In this document: in pieces, positions 50,157-63,700 of the stretch | Position numbering within the stretch: position 1 is the stretch's first letter | Layout of the letters: every line of letters begins with the position of its first letter | NCBI GenBank assembly: GCA_965644295.1 | Contig: CBFFRP010000427.1 | Coordinates: 83,167 to 147,166, forward strand | Reading direction: 5' to 3' | Origin: Paraphysomonas bandaiensis | Lineage: Eukaryota; Protista; Chrysophyceae | Length of the DNA: 64,000 bases | Position numbers and translations under genes: made by a program | The notes under the pieces: generated by a model | What the model saw: the letters and a program-made list of their open reading frames with translations, nothing else | Database searches by the model: none | What the model was told of the DNA's origin: nothing

Positions 50157-51535
50157 ATGGTGGAAAGATGTAAACGATCTTGGGATGAGAGCTACTCACA
50201 GTACTACTTTGCAAGTCTCCCCCGTTCATCTCAATATCGGGTTCGTAAATGGGCTCAGGTATTGTATAAGTGGATGGCTTTTATACTCCTATTGGCCTGT
50301 TTATTCGCTACACTTCTATGGGATATGAGCAACTTAAACACACTCAGTAGGAACATCCATGACGACCACTCATCATTCTGGATTGATATCAGGAAGAAGC
50401 AGGTCAAGAGGTGGATCTCCCCCTTAGATATGTGCACCCTGCAGAATAAGGACGCCGATGTCTTGCCTGCTGTTTATGCCTCTAGCAATTGCTCCAAACA
50501 TCTTCCCAAGTCGAAGAAGCGGGAGTTTTTGTCAAAGCAGTTTTGTAGTGTAGTATTTGGCTTAGGATCTAGTTGCGAGGCCCCTCATATTGACAGACCT
50601 TATTTTACCAAAATGATACGTGGCTCTGTAATAGGAAACGTTACTACTTATAACCTTAAAGCAACAATGCGCTCTCTTGCTCGGGCTCGTAAGTCTTTGG
50701 TTTTTATTGGTGACTCTTCGTCGAAACAAAATGCACAAGCATTATTCTGCGAACTCATGAAAGTTGATAGTGTTACTATCAAGGGCGACTTATGGAATCC
50801 CATTAATGTGACTGTGGAATGGCCGTTACGAGATGTTCGACAAAAGCTTACAATGAGCGTACACTATATTGCTTTTAATGGCATTCGTCCTCGACCAGGT
50901 GTAGAGATAAATGGAACGTATCCTGCACATGTACACAATCCACACCATCACCGTACCGATTTGACAGACCTCAAGTCCACCGTGTCCTCTCTTGGTGAAC
51001 AGCACCCAGGTGGACTGGTGGTTGTGGGTCCGCTTATCTTTCCCGCATGAAATTCCGGGACGATATTGGGTATATCCTCGACTGGTTGGAGGAGGTGGGT
51101 GTGAATGAACGAAACTTAGTACTGTTCCGTGAGAGTGCCGCCCAACACTGGAACCACACGACGTATGGCTACAAAGGCCCGGAAACACAACTAGGAGAAC
51201 CTTCTCAATGTGTACCCTTGGAAGACGCGTCCCCGCAACTGGATTGGCGCAACCATGAGGTTCAATCTTATATACGCCTACAGGAAATATCCAATGTACA
51301 TATAGTGCCTTTTCGAGATGTAACCACTCCTCTTTTCAATATGCATCACTCCCCTCCCCATGTTACAGGAGATGTAGACTGTGCTGCTTACTGCTACTTT
51401 CCTCAACTGTGGCAGGGAATATGGACGGGGCTATCGTTTAGTGTTTATGTCTTTTCAACCGGTAGAAATAGTGCAGCGATGCCTGGTGCTACTAAAATAG
51501 AAATTCTTGGTACTAATAATTCAGTTGCCAGTTAG
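50157..51535 (+). pseudogene. Type II membrane PC-esterase/TBL (SGNH)-like gene with a frameshift near 51020-51047
   Basis: N-terminal TM helix, LVFIGDS, FRESAAQHW, DWRN, DCAAYC. The two ORFs overlap in different frames and no AG acceptor lies at the junction, so this is a frameshift or a sequencing error. Confidence 0.6.
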
Positions 51536-52230
51536 TAGCTTATCGTAAGTAGCAATTTCTTTGGTAAAAGAAATATAGTAAGTTGAAAGGCTGGCAATTT
51601 GCTTTACATTATAATATAGCAGTGTTAGGGAACAATATATTGATCGGTCGACCGGCAAAGTATTCCTTCAATATTGCTACTGTCTGCTGTTACGCGACTT
51701 CACCATTCAAGTTCACAATACATTGTAATCAATATTTAGGGTTTACATTTACTATTGGGATTTACATGAGCTGGTACTGCTGTACATATACAGTACTTCC
51801 GTCCCTTGTCCTTTTATATCTTTTCATAATATGAGATGTAACATACATCATACTGATAAGACGAGACATCTGAACGACGAATGTATACAGCTGTTTTTGG
51901 AGTCCGGTGAAGGTGAACCAAAAACGCACGAGTACAAGGACTGTGGATGCAGACGAAAGAGAAGAGGGATAATAAAGGCATGTGACAATACCTGATGAAG
52001 GTTGTAGACTGTAGACCTATCGTTCGATATTAGACCTGCTCACGAGAAAGTTAAAGCATATTAAGAATGCTTCCTTGCTACGTGACCAAACCAGTCTGCT
52101 ACCAACAAAATGGTGTTCTATCGTTCAGATGCTGCTCAAGTGGTTGCGTATAGAAAAATCTGCATCCATAATCAATGGTCTACCGGCTACCAGAGGCAGT
52201 GACTGATATTATTCCTACTGCTCGACAGAA

Positions 52231-52450
52231 TTCCAATATCACGGTACTTGTAGAGGGCTTGAGAAAGTTAGAGCTTTTCAAAGGTGTTTCAAACAGGAGG
52301 CTACACAAGTTTACACTAGTAGTATTGCATGGAGTTAGCTATTCTAATATATATAATATATGCTGCATGACAGTATTCCGATATCACGGTACTTGTAGAG
52401 GGATTGAGAAATTTTGAGAGCACTTCAAAGGAGTTTCAAACAGAAGGCTC
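52231..52450. repeat. Imperfect direct duplication of ~72 bp (52231-52302 and 52376-52450)
   Basis: ttcc.atatcacggtacttgtagaggg.ttgagaaa..ttcaaagg.gtttcaaacag.aggct appears twice. Confidence 0.8.
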
Positions 52451-53453
52451 AAGTGTAGTTAATATTTACGAGTGCCATAACTTTATTGATGACTTATTAA
52501 GAGACTTCGGGGCTATGCATCCCCTATCTCTTTTAAAGGAAAACAGTAGTTCTAAAAATGGAATTTATCCATGTGTTTAATTACTAAATAATGATGATTC
52601 TAATATAGTATTTCTAGGCCGGTTTAAGAACTCCATCAATATTACTGATTGAACGCTATCTAACAATAGTATTGCGGGATATCGTTCCCTTGCCCTGATA
52701 AATAGTATTCATGTAAGTCCTTCGTGGATAATTTCCAAGGAGTGAGGTGTATATAGCACAGAAGTGACGAAGGTGTATACATATGACCTCTCACACTAAC
52801 CCATAGCCGATGGTTGTAGCATGGTGATCGATACTTAGACTTACTGACCATATCTTTCGTTCAAGCTATGGATGTGACATATGCCACTGCACACTTGCAC
52901 CACACTTGGTCGCAGTTGCCAGTGAAGATGATAATTCTATTGCTGCATAATCCGAACGATTCTAGTGCACCTGATATAGTGCTATATGTCCTCTACGATA
53001 CCTGATATATACATCAGATCATTGTTGCGGATATAAGCTACTGCTGTATGATATCTTTGTACGTACAGGACGAGAGTAGAGAGATTAGAGATACATGCAT
53101 ATTGAAGAGATGATTTTGATGGTACTCTTGGTAGATAAAAACTGACTTTTAGCTTTTTTAAACCAGTTTTTACCTTATTTTCATCATATCTGTGGAATCA
53201 CTGTACTATTACAGTAGGAATTCCTACTAGCTGCTGCTGTATATGTACAGATATACAGTACGTGTGTGTACTATATCTCTAGATCCAGCAGTACGCATCC
53301 AGCAGTATACATACAGCAGTACATCTCCACATCTATATCATCATTATCTTAAGAGAGATATAGAGCTACACATAGAGTGAGGAGAGGACATCTGTCCCAG
53401 GCAATTACTATCCTATCAAATCCATTTGATTCCTTTGCAAAGAGAGTGTGCAG

Positions 53454-56400
53454 ATGTCTCTCCTTAAGCAGATAGATGATAAGGGGGCTGTGATAGAGTG
53501 GAGCCCCCTCTACACTCACAGTAACATGGTCGCATTAGGGACTAAGGTCTCTAATAGGCATACTATAATTATACACATGATATGTATGTGTGTGTTAGGA
53601 CTCAGCGGGCTCTGGTTTTGATGACTATGGCGGCGAGCTAGAGATACACAGGATGAACTTTGCAGACCGCACCACTCGTAGTGTACTAGTGGGCTGTGCT
53701 AAAGCAACGTAATTATATTGTGCTTTTGGTTACTTGGAGTGATTTTGTTATGATAGATCTCGGTTTGCGTCGATAGCGTGGTCGAAGATGGCTACTAAGT
53801 CAGCAGAGTATGGCTATGGTCTTATTGCTACTGGAATGATTGACGGTACTATTAATGTGTGGGATCCTGCCCTCATGGCTTCAGATCACCCCGATCCTCT
53901 AATTGCAGCTGTGGAGCAACACACTGGTGCGATTCATGGACTCCAATTTAACCCCCATCGTGAGTCGTCACACCTTCTTGCTTCTGGGGGAAGTGACGGA
54001 GAGGTGTATGTGATGTCACTGGACCGCCCTGACACTCCTAATGTCTTCATACCTGCGCCCCCACCCAGTAACGCTAAGCACACAGCGGATGTAACAAAGG
54101 TTGCCTGGAACACCCAGGTAGCCCATATTATGGCCTCGAGCTCGCAGAATGGGTCTTGCATTGTTTGGGATCTGCGACAAAAGAAAGCCTGGTGTGAGTT
54201 GCGGGAGCCGTCTGGCTGCTGTATTTCTGACATTGCCTGGAACCCTGACCAGGGCCTGCACTTGGTTACTGCTGGCGGGGATGACAAAAATCCTGTTATT
54301 AAGCTCTGGGACCTGCGCTCTAGCACATCCTTACCCCTTGCCACCCTACAGGGTCATACTGAAGGCATTCTCTCAGTGTCATGGTGCCCATCCGATCCCT
54401 CTCTGCTGCTATCTTGCGGCAAGGATAACCGGACAATGCTCTGGGATCTTTTCCATCTTCAGTCTGTCTATGAGCTTCCCACAGGTGGGGTGGACCAATC
54501 ACAGGGTGGACAGGAACAAGAGCATAACATGTTCGGTGGACTTGCCTCTGCGGTAGGAAATCGTAGATATCATGTATCATGGTCGCCCTGTCTCCCAGCC
54601 GTGATATCCACATGTTCTTTTGACCGCAGCGTGCAGTTTTACTCTTTGTCTGGTGCAAAATCAAAGTTAGGACGTGCGCCCAAATGGCTTCGCAAGTCCG
54701 CTGGCGCAAGCTTCGGGTTTGGAGGTAAACTGGCATCATTCACGAACCGTCCCCGACAAGGTGCTGCTGATCAGAAGAAGTCACAAGGACAAGCACCTTG
54801 CAGTGTGGAAGTCAAAATACATCAGGTTATAGAAAACACAGATGTCGTCAATGCCTGTGATGAGTTTCATAATGCTCTAGCAAGCGAGGATTTCAATGGC
54901 TTCTGCAGGTCGAAAGTAGACTCTGCCCGCACCGAGCAGGATAAGCGCGTGTGGGGCCTTATGCGTGTGATTTGCTTCGAAAACAATGCCAGAGAGGAAC
55001 TCCTATCACACTTGGGTTTCGACAAGCAGAATATTTCGCGCATTGCTGAAGAGTACGTTTCTGTGATGTCTGAAAAACGTTCTGCTGCAGCAGGGGAAAG
55101 TGTTCCTAGCACCGAGCTGGAGAACCATCATCTAGACCTATCTGAGGACTCCAGGCAATCTGCGATGGAGATCTTGGCAGCCACCAAGAGGTCTGAGGAA
55201 GCAGAGCCAATGATTCGCAAAGCTCTAGTTGTCGGGAACTTTGAAGCGGCAGTTGACTGCTGTCTAGAGGCTGGGCTCATGACTGAAGCTTTGCTCCTTG
55301 CCCAGTGTGGTGACTCTTCCCTGTGGACCAAAACCCAGAATTTCTTTTTCGAGCATCAGCGAAAGCGCAGGCCTTTCCTTAACATATTACAAGCAGTGAT
55401 TAAGAACGAGCTCATGGATTTGGTGATGTCAGCAGACCTATCCCGATGGAAGGAGACCCTGGCCATTCTCAGCACGTACGGTAAAAGCGACGAATTTCCT
55501 GCTATGTGTGAGGCACTTGCAACAAGGCTGGAGACAGAAGCCCACGATATTGCTTCTGCAACCCTGTGTTATATGTGCGCCACGAGTGTTTCCCGTACTG
55601 TGGGGTTCTGGGTGGATGAACTGCGTGCCGCCAACGCTGCCGCGGGCCATATGGACACCATGGCATTGCAGGAGTTTGTGGAGAAAGTGATTGTTTATAC
55701 TCGTGCTAACCCATCCGATTCCCTGGGCGAAGCCTGCAGTGTGTATTTTGCTGAGTATGCAAAGCTTTTAGCTTCACAGGGAAAGCTTGATGTTGCGCCA
55801 AATTATCTTAAGGGGGACCATATTGAAGAGCAGATTCTTAGAGACAGACTTTATCACGGTGGATCTGTGAAACCGGTTGGGTCACGTCCCCCCCCCTTCC
55901 CTTTTGAAAAGCAGATAATTAACACATCGAATGAAGGAAAGAAATCAAGTGGCACCCTTGCACTCCCAAGTCATGCGAAATCTAGCAGTAGCGACGTCGG
56001 TTCGTCTACTCTTAACCCGCAGAAGCAACAACAACATCAACAAATGCAAACACAACAGCCGTCTACTATGCAGGCTGTCCCTTCCTCCCCAACTTCCCCT
56101 TCTCTACCACCCGGGTGGCTGCAGTTAGTTGATCCCAATTCGAATAGACCATATTTCGTCGACCAGTCTACAGGTCAGTCACAGTGGGAGCCTCCTCAAG
56201 CACAGAGTCAGGTTTCCCCTGCTCCAATGCCTTCGCCTGTACCAGTTACCTCCCCTGCAGTCCAACAACAACAACAGCAGCAACCTATCACGAGCTCTCC
56301 TCATGGAGGTGGTATGCGACCTGCTACCGCCCCCTCTGTCCAACAACAACATCCTATCGCCAGCTCTTCTCATGGGAGTGGAGCGCGATCCGCTGCACAG

Positions 56401-56923
56401 GAGGAAGAAACATCTCGTTCATACACTCCTTCCTCTGCGGAGAGACAGATAACTGCTCCCTCTGCTTCATCTACTACGTCAGATAAGCCAACTGATACTG
56501 CATCGACTTCAGGAGAGACAAAACCCACAGTAGATTCCCTTTTGCAGATGCTTTCTTCCTTAGAAGGTTGTCTTGTACATATTTACATTTTTGTAGAAGT
56601 GACTGTTTCTACAGGAAAGTCACTTAGTGGACCTGACAAGCGGTCGTTGACTGCAGTCAATCCTGCCTTGGCATGCTTGCAGAAACAAATGTCTGCAGGT
56701 CAAGTTAGCACAGAGACGATGGAAAAACTCGAGCAACTTGTATCGGCCCTTGCCAATAAGCAGAGCTCGTCAGCGAATGCTATTCATACGGTGGGTGGTC
56801 TAACCTACGTGATGTATTTTGTGATTTTATTGGTATCAGGAACTCGTAAACGCTTACTGGGCTCAACACAAGGACTGGCTTAAAGGTTTGAAATATCTAA
56901 TTCAGCTATTAGCGAAGCATTGA
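53454..56923 (+). CDS. SEC31: COPII outer coat protein Sec31; introns 53547-53598, 53709-53756, 56567-56614, 56791-56839
   Basis: N-terminal WD40 propeller (LALGTK-like MVALGTK, SRFASIAWS, IVWDLR, IKLWDLRS, GHTEGILSVSWC), RAPKWLRK..GASFGFGGKL, ACE1 helical region (WKETLAIL), Pro/Gln-rich linker and C-terminal helical domain (HKDWLKGLKYLI). Confidence 0.93.
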
Positions 56924-59401
56924 TTATGTGGTGTATTCTGCTGTTTTAGCGATATATTGTTTGTTCAATTTTCAAAAGTTTCTAATAAACTCATTCAATT
57001 CAGTAAATAAACTGCAATTTTTGTGGTGGTATACCCCTAAAGGGTATACCGGTTTACTTACCTGCTGGCACAATACATGTACGTAACACCTATAACACCT
57101 ATGGCGAAGAAAACCACACTCATACAACGGTACAGAGTGAGTGAGAGAGTGGAATAAACTACACTAGAACATATGGCTCAGGTTACGTGAGTAGTAAACT
57201 CATCACACACAGCATATATACACTTATATATTAATAAGCATGACTGGAGTTGTTGTCTATTGCATTGCCACTTTCAAAGTTACTATATAGAATGAACGAT
57301 TTACTGACAGTAGTGCTGGCCTAGTGTGTTTGATTATTTCTATGTTTTTGACTGGGAACCAAAGAGACAACAATTTTATATTATCTTCTTCATCAGATAT
57401 TGACGACATGAACCGTCTGCTTGGGTATCCTGAGAGTTGGGTCCCACGACCACCCAAAAGGAGTACAACACGAAACATGATTGTAGAATTAATGTGGGAT
57501 ATTATCATACTCCATCCTGATGGAGCACGTATTTCTGAAAGGTCTATATACAGGTAGACACACGAATTGTACGGTTCTTTACTAATAACAATATGGAAAC
57601 AATACTCCGTCAGGAGGCATTTGAAATTTGAAATGTTTGATTGGTGGTTCCAATGTACACTAGACACACATGAGTTCAAAACATCAGTATTTGAATCTCT
57701 ATTGTACGTATACACTTGTGAACCCGAACATATACCTGAAGCAATGAAAGTTCATGTTGAACACATGATAGGTGTGGTGGTATAGCCCTAACGGGTATAC
57801 CGGCTTAGCCAGTGGCCAGTGAGCCAGTGATACTGTATCTGCATCTTCGTTGAGGCTAGTGGAGCTGTTGTTGCAAAGTCCCTTACCGCCAGTGAATCTA
57901 TAACAACAGAATCGTTGATTGCAACTGGACCTGTAACGGCCTCTTCTCTGACATCGAACGGTGCTTTATCTACAGAGTCTGTATCAACCTAATCCCTCTC
58001 TGTCAGTGTCTTATTACTTATTAGTATGTGGAATCATATATGTTAAGAAAGAGCAATAAGTCGAATGTTTGCTTCTATGTTTAGAGTGTTCTAATAGTTT
58101 GAAAGCTAGCTATATGAAAGTATTATATAATAAATGTTAGCTATAATATGTATTATATTATATACATATAAATGCCACATCATTAAGTGTCATTATTATT
58201 ACTATTGTAACCCTGGGGGTTTATATAGTAGCAATTTGTAGTAGCAAAGTAAAGCATTCAGCAACAAGAAGAGAGTCAACAACAGAAGAAGGACAGAAAA
58301 CAGAACAAGACATTTAGTTACGTGGGAAGTGCAAGGATCAACTACGAGTCACAGAATTACAACAAGCCATTCACACTGACGTGCATACATGCGGCTACTC
58401 TAGGCAGTCATTAACAGCAAGCCACTCAAGACACATCACCCAGTATCTACCTGCAATACATGTGAAGTCAGCCGGCTGCGCCTGTTGTTATATTATGAAG
58501 AAGTGACAGTAGGGGCAATGGAGAGAGACTTAGGTAGTATCAACATGATCTACACACAATTCTTTCTGCATCACCCTCAGAACAGCGTAAGAAGTGATCT
58601 TCAGATGTTGCTGGTACATCCTGAACATATATGTCTCAAGTTAAATGCAGAACTATGGATGCATACAGCCCAATACCTCTGTGAGTTGTATATTCATGAT
58701 GGTGCTCTGAATATAGAGATGAGCAGGAGTTAGGACCAATAGAGAGCGTACTATAAATGATATGCATGGTAATGCTGCTAAGTATGCATGGTGGGTGGCA
58801 ATTATGGCAAGTGTCTGGCTTTGAAGAGGAATATATGGAGAAAGTAAAGATGCAATAAGTTTTATATGATAATATGAGCAGTAGACTATCAGCATATGGA
58901 TGTACGGTATCACGTTACTGATTTTAGTAAACTGTTTTTCAGTTTTATATGCCGTTTCAGACATTGTCACAATATTCTTTCCACCAGGGTTCAAAATATC
59001 TTGAATGCGTGTGTTTGTGCAGTATGCATCAGGACATCGTCAACTGTTTCGATGCGCCAAGTCGTATAGCTATAAGATTGTTGAGTATTCCGGATAGTGT
59101 GGACATTCTTCCAATACATTCCTTTCGCTTTGTCCTTGCATTATGAGGTGTAATGCAGCTGGGTCCATTTGTCCAGGATTTACTATCGCTTCTACTGCAG
59201 CTTACTCCAGTAGTATCTGCGTTCAAGATATGCTTCCAATATAGTACTTTTACGGTCGTAAAAAACCCGATTTTTGTGAATCACAGAACTGATTGTTTGG
59301 AAAAATCTCAAAATTTCAGGATTTTAGGAAATATCCATGGATTGTGTCGTTGGTTTTGTATGGTAGTGGGGTGACTGTATAGTACGTATAGTGGTATGGT
59401 A

Positions 59402-60760
59402 TACGCAGAGAAAAAACACGGTACTCGGTCGGATGCTACGGATCAATAAACGGACGGAATACCCCCGTTGCCTTTTCACACAGTCTACACTACAGGTAGT
59501 CAAAAGCAAGGTTCTCTTCGCAGTTACTACAGAACTCGTTAGTAAGAGAAAATTATGTCTCTAGTCTACAGCCGTACACTACACACTGCATAACATAACA
59601 CCATACACCTCTATGTGCCCTATGCATATCTTATACAGTCACTTCAAGTACTAAACTGAAAAGAACATCCTCTTATTTCTCTACGCACCCCTGTGATGTG
59701 TCTATGCTTCTCCGACGATACGACACATCAAATGACGAAACAATCTTCCTTGTAGGGGTTTAGTCAGCACATCAGCCAACATCTCTCCTGTGGGTAAGTA
59801 CTGAAGCTTCACGTCTCCCCTATCATGGTGTTCTTTGACTAAAGCCTGCCTTACTCGTAGATACTTCGATCGGTATTTGCCTCCTCCTTTCGTTACGAGG
59901 CTGAGAGTAGACGCATTGTCCTGGAATATTGTAGGTGAGTCCATTATACACCCCTGACCACACAGGAACTCATGCAATTTCATCACACACGGCAGCATGT
60001 CAGAGAGTGCGACCAATTCCGACTCAGTGGAGTCCTTAGTGACCAGTTTCTGCTTTGTCGACCGACAAAGCACCGCCGCATCACCCACGCTGACCACCAC
60101 TCCGGTATGGCCCTTTCCATCCTGATGTGTCGCAAATGATGCGTCAATGTATGATTTCACCTGAATCTTATCTCCTATTCGCAGGTGTAAATCTTGGTTC
60201 TTGGTGGCCGCCAGGTACTTCAACACTCTCCCCAGCTTCTGCTTGTCATCTTGAGTCGGGTCCTTCACCCTAGTAGCCAGGTACGCAATAGACAACAAAA
60301 TATCCGGCCTCACCCTTGTTGCCAGGTATAGCAGCTTTGCCACCACTGTGTGGAATTCTGCGGCGTCTCTCTTGCCCAATTTCTGCTCGGATTTCTCGAT
60401 GAAAAGAGATGCCGTTGCCGGGGAAGCCGTCCCTCCTGTGGTCCCCGTCTCCTCGAGCACTCCCTCCAGGTATGCCCTCATCGATACCACTGCCTTCCCG
60501 TCCTGTACATTTATGTGCATACCTATATACGACATGTCATGGTCGGTACAGTGTTTCACCTCGCCGTATTGCTGTTTCAGTTTTGCCACTAGCCATTCTG
60601 TGTCTTCCTTGCACTGTGACATCACTAATAGGTCGTCTACGTGCAGGGTCACGGTGCATTGTTTTCCGTTGACGGTCCGATTGAAGACGCATTGGTCTAC
60701 GGGGTTGACTGCAAAGCCGATGCTCTCCAGGTACGTCCTCAGTGTATTGTACCACAATTT
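59402..60760 (-). mobile_element. Ty1/copia retrotransposon 3' part (RT C-terminus, RNase H, PPT, putative 3' LTR 59402-59687)
   Basis: ORF 59702-60760: KLWY, DQCVF, LHVDDLL, RPDI, YIDASFATH, DSTESEL, ADVLTKPL. Purine tract acagggg is followed by TGCGTAGAGAAA, with a 10/12 inverted match at 59402. Confidence 0.9.
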
Positions 60761-63700
60761 AAGTGAGTTAACAGTGTGCAATAGGTAAAGTCAACTCATA
60801 GGTGTAACGGGTGATTATAGTTACAAAGGAATTAAATTCAGTTACTGATGTGTAGACTATACAAGATATAGAACTGACTGATGAACATATGATAAACAGG
60901 TGTTGCTGGGAACAGATGTTTCAACATATGTTACACGAATATGTAGTGAAGTGTTCAGAATAATAATTATAATTTCTTACTTGAAAGTGCATTGTGTTCA
61001 ACAGCAAGGTTACGGTTTACGCGTAGAGCAAAGTTAACTTCAGTGAAATGTCCAAAGCTAATGATGGTAGCGAGTGGTAGCACTGAAGAGACGAAGGAGG
61101 ACAACAAGGTGCTGAAGTTCGACAAGCATTGCAGGAGGCGTTCGCTCAAAAATAAGGGATTCATCTGATGAAGAAAAATCGGAACCATCTGGGGTTAGAG
61201 CTGAAACCTGCTGGAGGAGGTAGAGCACGAGAATTATGGTACGAGCGAAATGACACGTGTGTTGCAATGATTTGGGAGGTTTGTGAACATGACGCTGATG
61301 TATTGAGGTTGCCAATCAATACATGGAGGCGAAGGCGTTACTTCCAGATGATGATCCCAATAAGGAAGTTTTGTCCAATGAAATGCTTCAGACGCTGGTG
61401 GATAGGTTTAGAGGGGAGTTGGGAAATGTACTCGAAGACTATACAGCGGAATACCATAGCTTTAAAATTAGAGCCAATGAAAAGGTCGCTATTGGTATTG
61501 ATAGGTTGGAATGGGATAATACAAATTAATAAAGTTGGGACAGCTGCCAACCGAGGAGAGCAAGCTCGCCAAGATCAAAAAGTCCACATACCCAGAGCTG
61601 AAGGAGCGTTGCGTTAGCTATTGCAATGCTGCCTAAAGCAACGACCACGTATCAGATAGTTAAAGACGCGTGCGTGAAGAATTTGATGAGGCTAAACGAC
61701 AACTGGAGGAGTTCGAAATTGACAAACAAGGAGAACAGGTCAATATGCTCGGACCAACAAGGAGGTGTGGAGAATGTCAAATGCTCATTCTGTATGAAAA
61801 AAGGGCATACTGCAAGTGTGTGTCGTGTCAAACACAAAATTAAAATTTTCCAGAAGTTCAAGCGAAATGGGAAGGCTAAAGCAAAGAATATGAGGAAAGG
61901 AGCGCAACAAGTGGGTTCAGTAGAAGCATATACAGGGTGTTTTCATTGTGGTAGCAAAGAACACAAGGCTGCTGAGTGCAAAAGAGGGAACAAGAGGAAG
62001 ATCGATAGAAAATATGAGAAAAAAGGCTCCAAGAAGGTTAAGTAAGAGTTCATCAAGTGGGGTGGTCCAAATATGTAGATGATGACGTTTCATCTGGAGA
62101 GGAGACCAACATGATAGGTAAGAAGTACTTCTGACTGAAACTGGAGATGAACGAGTGTACCTGGATAGTTGTGCTGGAAAGCAGTTGTTTATCGTCAAGG
62201 ATGATAGAGTGCTGGAGAAGTATGTAGAAGAGCCGGGAGTAATATCACCGACCAAAAAGGGATCGGCGATGGAGACCCAAGGAGTGGGAAGTTTTCAGCA
62301 GTGGCACGGCATCAAAGTATGTAACGATGCAGTGAAGAATATTGTCTCTGGAGGTATGCTGCGGGCTATGGGGTATGGACTCGAATTACTGAGAGTACCC
62401 AAAATCGTAGAATTGAACACTGGCAGAGAGGTGCTGGTTGGAAATTACGATGAGCATGGAGGAATGCCATGGGTGGCATTACATGATGTGTTAAATTTAC
62501 CTTGCATATCGTCCTGCCATTATGTAATGGGGGAAGCAGTGAAGTGATGCTGTCCGATACAGTTCAGCAGGATCCCCTCGATTTACTGCACGAAAGGGCC
62601 GGTCATGTTGCTAAGGAAAAACTACTGGAGGCTCATAGACATATGCTGATCAAGGGAACAGGGCTACAGCGACATCATCTATCTAAGACTACCAAAAAGA
62701 AGTGTGAGATCAGTTTGTGCAAGTGGTGTGCTAAGGCGAAGATCACTAGACATACATTTCGAGGACAAAGTGACCAGAATGTGGAGATGAAGGCGACAGC
62801 ATTCCTGGAGCGTATTACAGTGGATATTTCGGTTTATATGAATTGTCCATCTGTGGAGGGGTATAAGTACGCACTTGTATTTGTAGATACGGCTACGAAA
62901 GAATTCTTGGGAATACGGTCTACGAACGAGAACTGGGGATGAAGTGTTAAAATGCGTGAAGCATCTCTGTGAAGTCAGGCTACCAAAATACCCAGGGTGG
63001 AACAGGATACAGCAGTACCATGCTGACGGTGGACCAGAGTTGATGGACAGGCGAATCAAAGAATACTTGTTACAAAAATTTGGAACCACATTCTCCTACA
63101 CTACTAGGGAGACACCAGAATTAAACGGTGTTTCAGAACGGAAATTCAGGACACTAGGAGAAATGACATTATCGCTTTTATTGTCATCGGGTATGCCAAA
63201 AGCGGAGTGGTGGAAAGCCTTTAGACATGCATGCTGGGTTCTTAGAAGATTACCCACAAAGACCTATAGAGGGTGGATGTCACTCACGAGGCAGGCTCCT
63301 GGAGGAACGTGCCAGATTTTTCTTGGTTACGGAAATGGGTGCAAGGCATACGTTCTCATCCCGAAGGCAGTTCGCAGGTAAGACTGGGAAGAAAAGGCAC
63401 AGACTGGATACTTTGTAGGGTTCCCAGAGGAGCAACTGGGATACCAAGTATTGATTGGAGATTATAGTTACGTCTGTGCATGTTTTATTCGATGAATCTG
63501 TGCCTGAGAGATCGGCGGATTATTATCGAGAAATGGACGAGGCCATGGCTGCTGTGGATCCTCAGGAACGAAATATTAGAGACTTCGATTACTTAATCGG
63601 AAAGTACCCATGAAGATGGCGGCCACCTATACAAGACCACACGAATATTGGTTCGAAAAGGTTTGATTGTAGGGTATAGATCCCTATTGTCTGGTGGTGC

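Noticed and set aside
1644-56923. VPS45 and SEC31 near the giant secreted gene as a secretion cluster
   Set aside because: They are housekeeping genes 8-26 kb away with unrelated genes and transposons between. Nothing in the sequence supports co-regulation.
58400-59380. Short ORFs here and at 45300-46500 and 51850-53000 as genes
   Set aside because: I found no recognisable motifs or consistent splice model. They may be decayed transposons but I cannot support a call.
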